A DNA stretch of 64,000 nucleotides, taken from contig CALCCB010000083.1 in the NCBI GenBank assembly GCA_937899625.1, positions 463-64,462 of the forward strand, in the 5' to 3' direction. The notes below the pieces were generated by a model. The model ran no database searches. It was not told the origin of the DNA and saw only the letters and a list, made by a program, of their open reading frames with translations. Position 1 is the first letter of the stretch. Every line of letters starts with the position of its first letter. This DNA is from an uncultured Bacteroidota bacterium (lineage in GTDB: Bacteria; Bacteroidota; Bacteroidia; Flavobacteriales_D; Crocinitomicaceae). A program made the position numbers and the translations under genes. Of the stretch, positions 62,935-64,000 are shown piece by piece.

Positions 62935-63285
62935 TTAACGATTTTTCATCCCACCAGGTTGACAACACAATGGTAATTTTTTAACTGCTTCCGGAATAGC
63001 TTTTACCTCGTCAGCATCGTAGCCTAACTCACTGATCTTGGTCTTGATCTCGGCTAACGAGATCTTTGAAGGTTTGAATTTTACTGTCAATTTCTTGGTT
63101 TCAAGGTCTAACTCAGCAAATGAAACCCCTTTGGTATAGTTCATTAAGTCTTCCAAACGATCTTTACAATCTCCACATTCTGCGGATGTCTGGATCATAA
63201 CTGTTTTATACTTTGACTTTTTTTCCTGTGCTGATACGTTGAAAGTAAACATTACTAGCATCAGTAAAAACATTGCATTTTTCAT
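62935..63285 (-). CDS. secreted heavy-metal-associated (HMA) domain protein
   Basis: The start is chosen at MKNAMFLLMLVMFTFNVSAQ (ATG at 63283-63285). The CxxC motif is in TSAECGDCKDRLE, with a ferredoxin-like HMA pattern. An extra C-terminal CC is present (LPLCCQPGG). Confidence 0.75.
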   Translation of the reverse strand: MKNAMFLLMLVMFTFNVSAQEKKSKYKTVMIQTSAECGDCKDRLEDLMNYTKGVSFAELDLETKKLTVKFKPSKISLAEIKTKISELGYDADEVKAIPEAVKKLPLCCQPGGMKNR

Positions 63286-63307
63286 TTTTCTTTGTTTTAA
63301 GGTTAAT

Positions 63308-64000
63308 TTATTTTTTTCTTTTAATTGCGTATCTGACTCCTGCATAAACATTGATCCCCATCACTGGTCCCCAGATCTGTGTAGCATCGAAATTCGAGCC
63401 AAAAGGGTTGGCAGCATCAATGATCGCATCATTCTGACGGTAATTGGTCAGGTTCTCTATACCTAAGTAAAAGTCCCATTTTTTTAAAACATGAGTGATC
63501 TGTGTATTAGCTAAGATATATGCTTTTGAAAAATACAGACCATCCGTTGGACCGATCCCCGGTAATCGGGAAACCCCCATCATGGTCACCGTGAGATCAT
63601 ACTCCCATCGCTTGTTTCTGCTGATATAGCCAAGATTGAAGAAGCCTCTGTTTCTCGGAATCATCACTTGTTGTGTAATTCCTTCCACGAATTCAGCTCG
63701 CACATCCAGGAACTTATACGCAAATCTTAATTCCAGCACTTTTGACGGTTTGATACTGGCTTCTGCCTGGAAACTATTTGAATAGGATCCTCCCTGCTGG
63801 TTCATGAAACGAATGAAACTTCCATCACGGTTAACGATCAGCTGATTTTCAAATAAGGTATGATAGAAATCCACTGACAAGGTCGCTTTTTGCTTGAACA
63901 ATTTGTACTCATGAACAATTGATCCTCCGACATTCCACGAAATTTCAGGCTTTAATTCATCTAGCATCCACCAAGGAGACGAAGTCGCCAACAGTGAAAT
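63308..64000 (-). CDS. TonB-dependent receptor, C-terminal beta-barrel part (5' end outside the window)
   Basis: The frame stays open to base 64000, and the track start is only a TTG. Beta-barrel-type alternating sequence is present (LRFAYKFLDVRAEF, FFNLGY, WDFYLGIENLTNYRQ, GINVYAGVRY). Confidence 0.7.
   Translation of the reverse strand: MSLLATSSPWWMLDELKPEISWNVGGSIVHEYKLFKQKATLSVDFYHTLFENQLIVNRDGSFIRFMNQQGGSYSNSFQAEASIKPSKVLELRFAYKFLDVRAEFVEGITQQVMIPRNRGFFNLGYISRNKRWEYDLTVTMMGVSRLPGIGPTDGLYFSKAYILANTQITHVLKKWDFYLGIENLTNYRQNDAIIDAANPFGSNFDATQIWGPVMGINVYAGVRYAIKRKK

Noticed and set aside
1-64000. I looked across the whole window for CRISPR arrays, rRNA genes, IS elements, prophage genes, toxin-antitoxin pairs and known defence-system genes.
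   Set aside because: I saw no regularly spaced direct repeats. No ORF carried transposase, integrase, Cas, phage-structural or nuclease-NTPase defence hallmarks. The secreted EEP-family protein (22899-23855) has a signal peptide and sits in a cell-wall gene context, so it is not a defence nuclease.

Overview
This is a 64-kb chromosomal segment that looks like a Bacteroidota (Flavobacteriia-like) genome. It carries three PorP/SprF genes, type-A and type-B T9SS sorting domains and a PorE-like TPR/beta-propeller/CRD/OmpA protein. It also has DUF4292-, DUF5686- and IPExxxVDY-type lineage genes and the asnS-rpoN pair. About 50 tightly packed protein genes are present, mostly housekeeping (asnS, rpoN, lysS, dut, pyk, gcvP, metK) and cell-envelope or polysaccharide functions, plus three two-component systems. 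I saw no rRNA, tRNA, CRISPR array, transposase or integrase. The best candidate for a new system is a minus-strand operon at 50340-54543. It encodes a stand-alone H-NOX heme sensor, then a 1075-aa cytoplasmic histidine kinase, then a receiver-only response regulator. The kinase appears to carry a soluble-guanylate-cyclase-type H-NOX-associated (HNOBA) segment followed by PAS, PAS and GAF domains, and much of the kinase gene is visibly more AT-rich than its surroundings. Other points worth a second look: (1) two genes are broken by single lesions, gcvP by an in-frame TAA and a LytTR response regulator by a frameshift at an A4 run; (2) there are two T9SS type-B cargo/SprF modules, one with a PorE-like gene, plus an orphan SprF inside a polysaccharide locus; (3) a block of three very large uncharacterised envelope proteins (transglutaminase-like, 1149-aa putative beta-barrel, DUF5686) lies at 32070-39930; (4) two convergent gene pairs have stop codons that abut in a TGATCA palindrome; (5) two small membrane ORFs fall below the ORF-track cutoff; (6) several palindromes and twin terminators are present. 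All family assignments come from motif recognition by eye and need HMM or BLAST confirmation.
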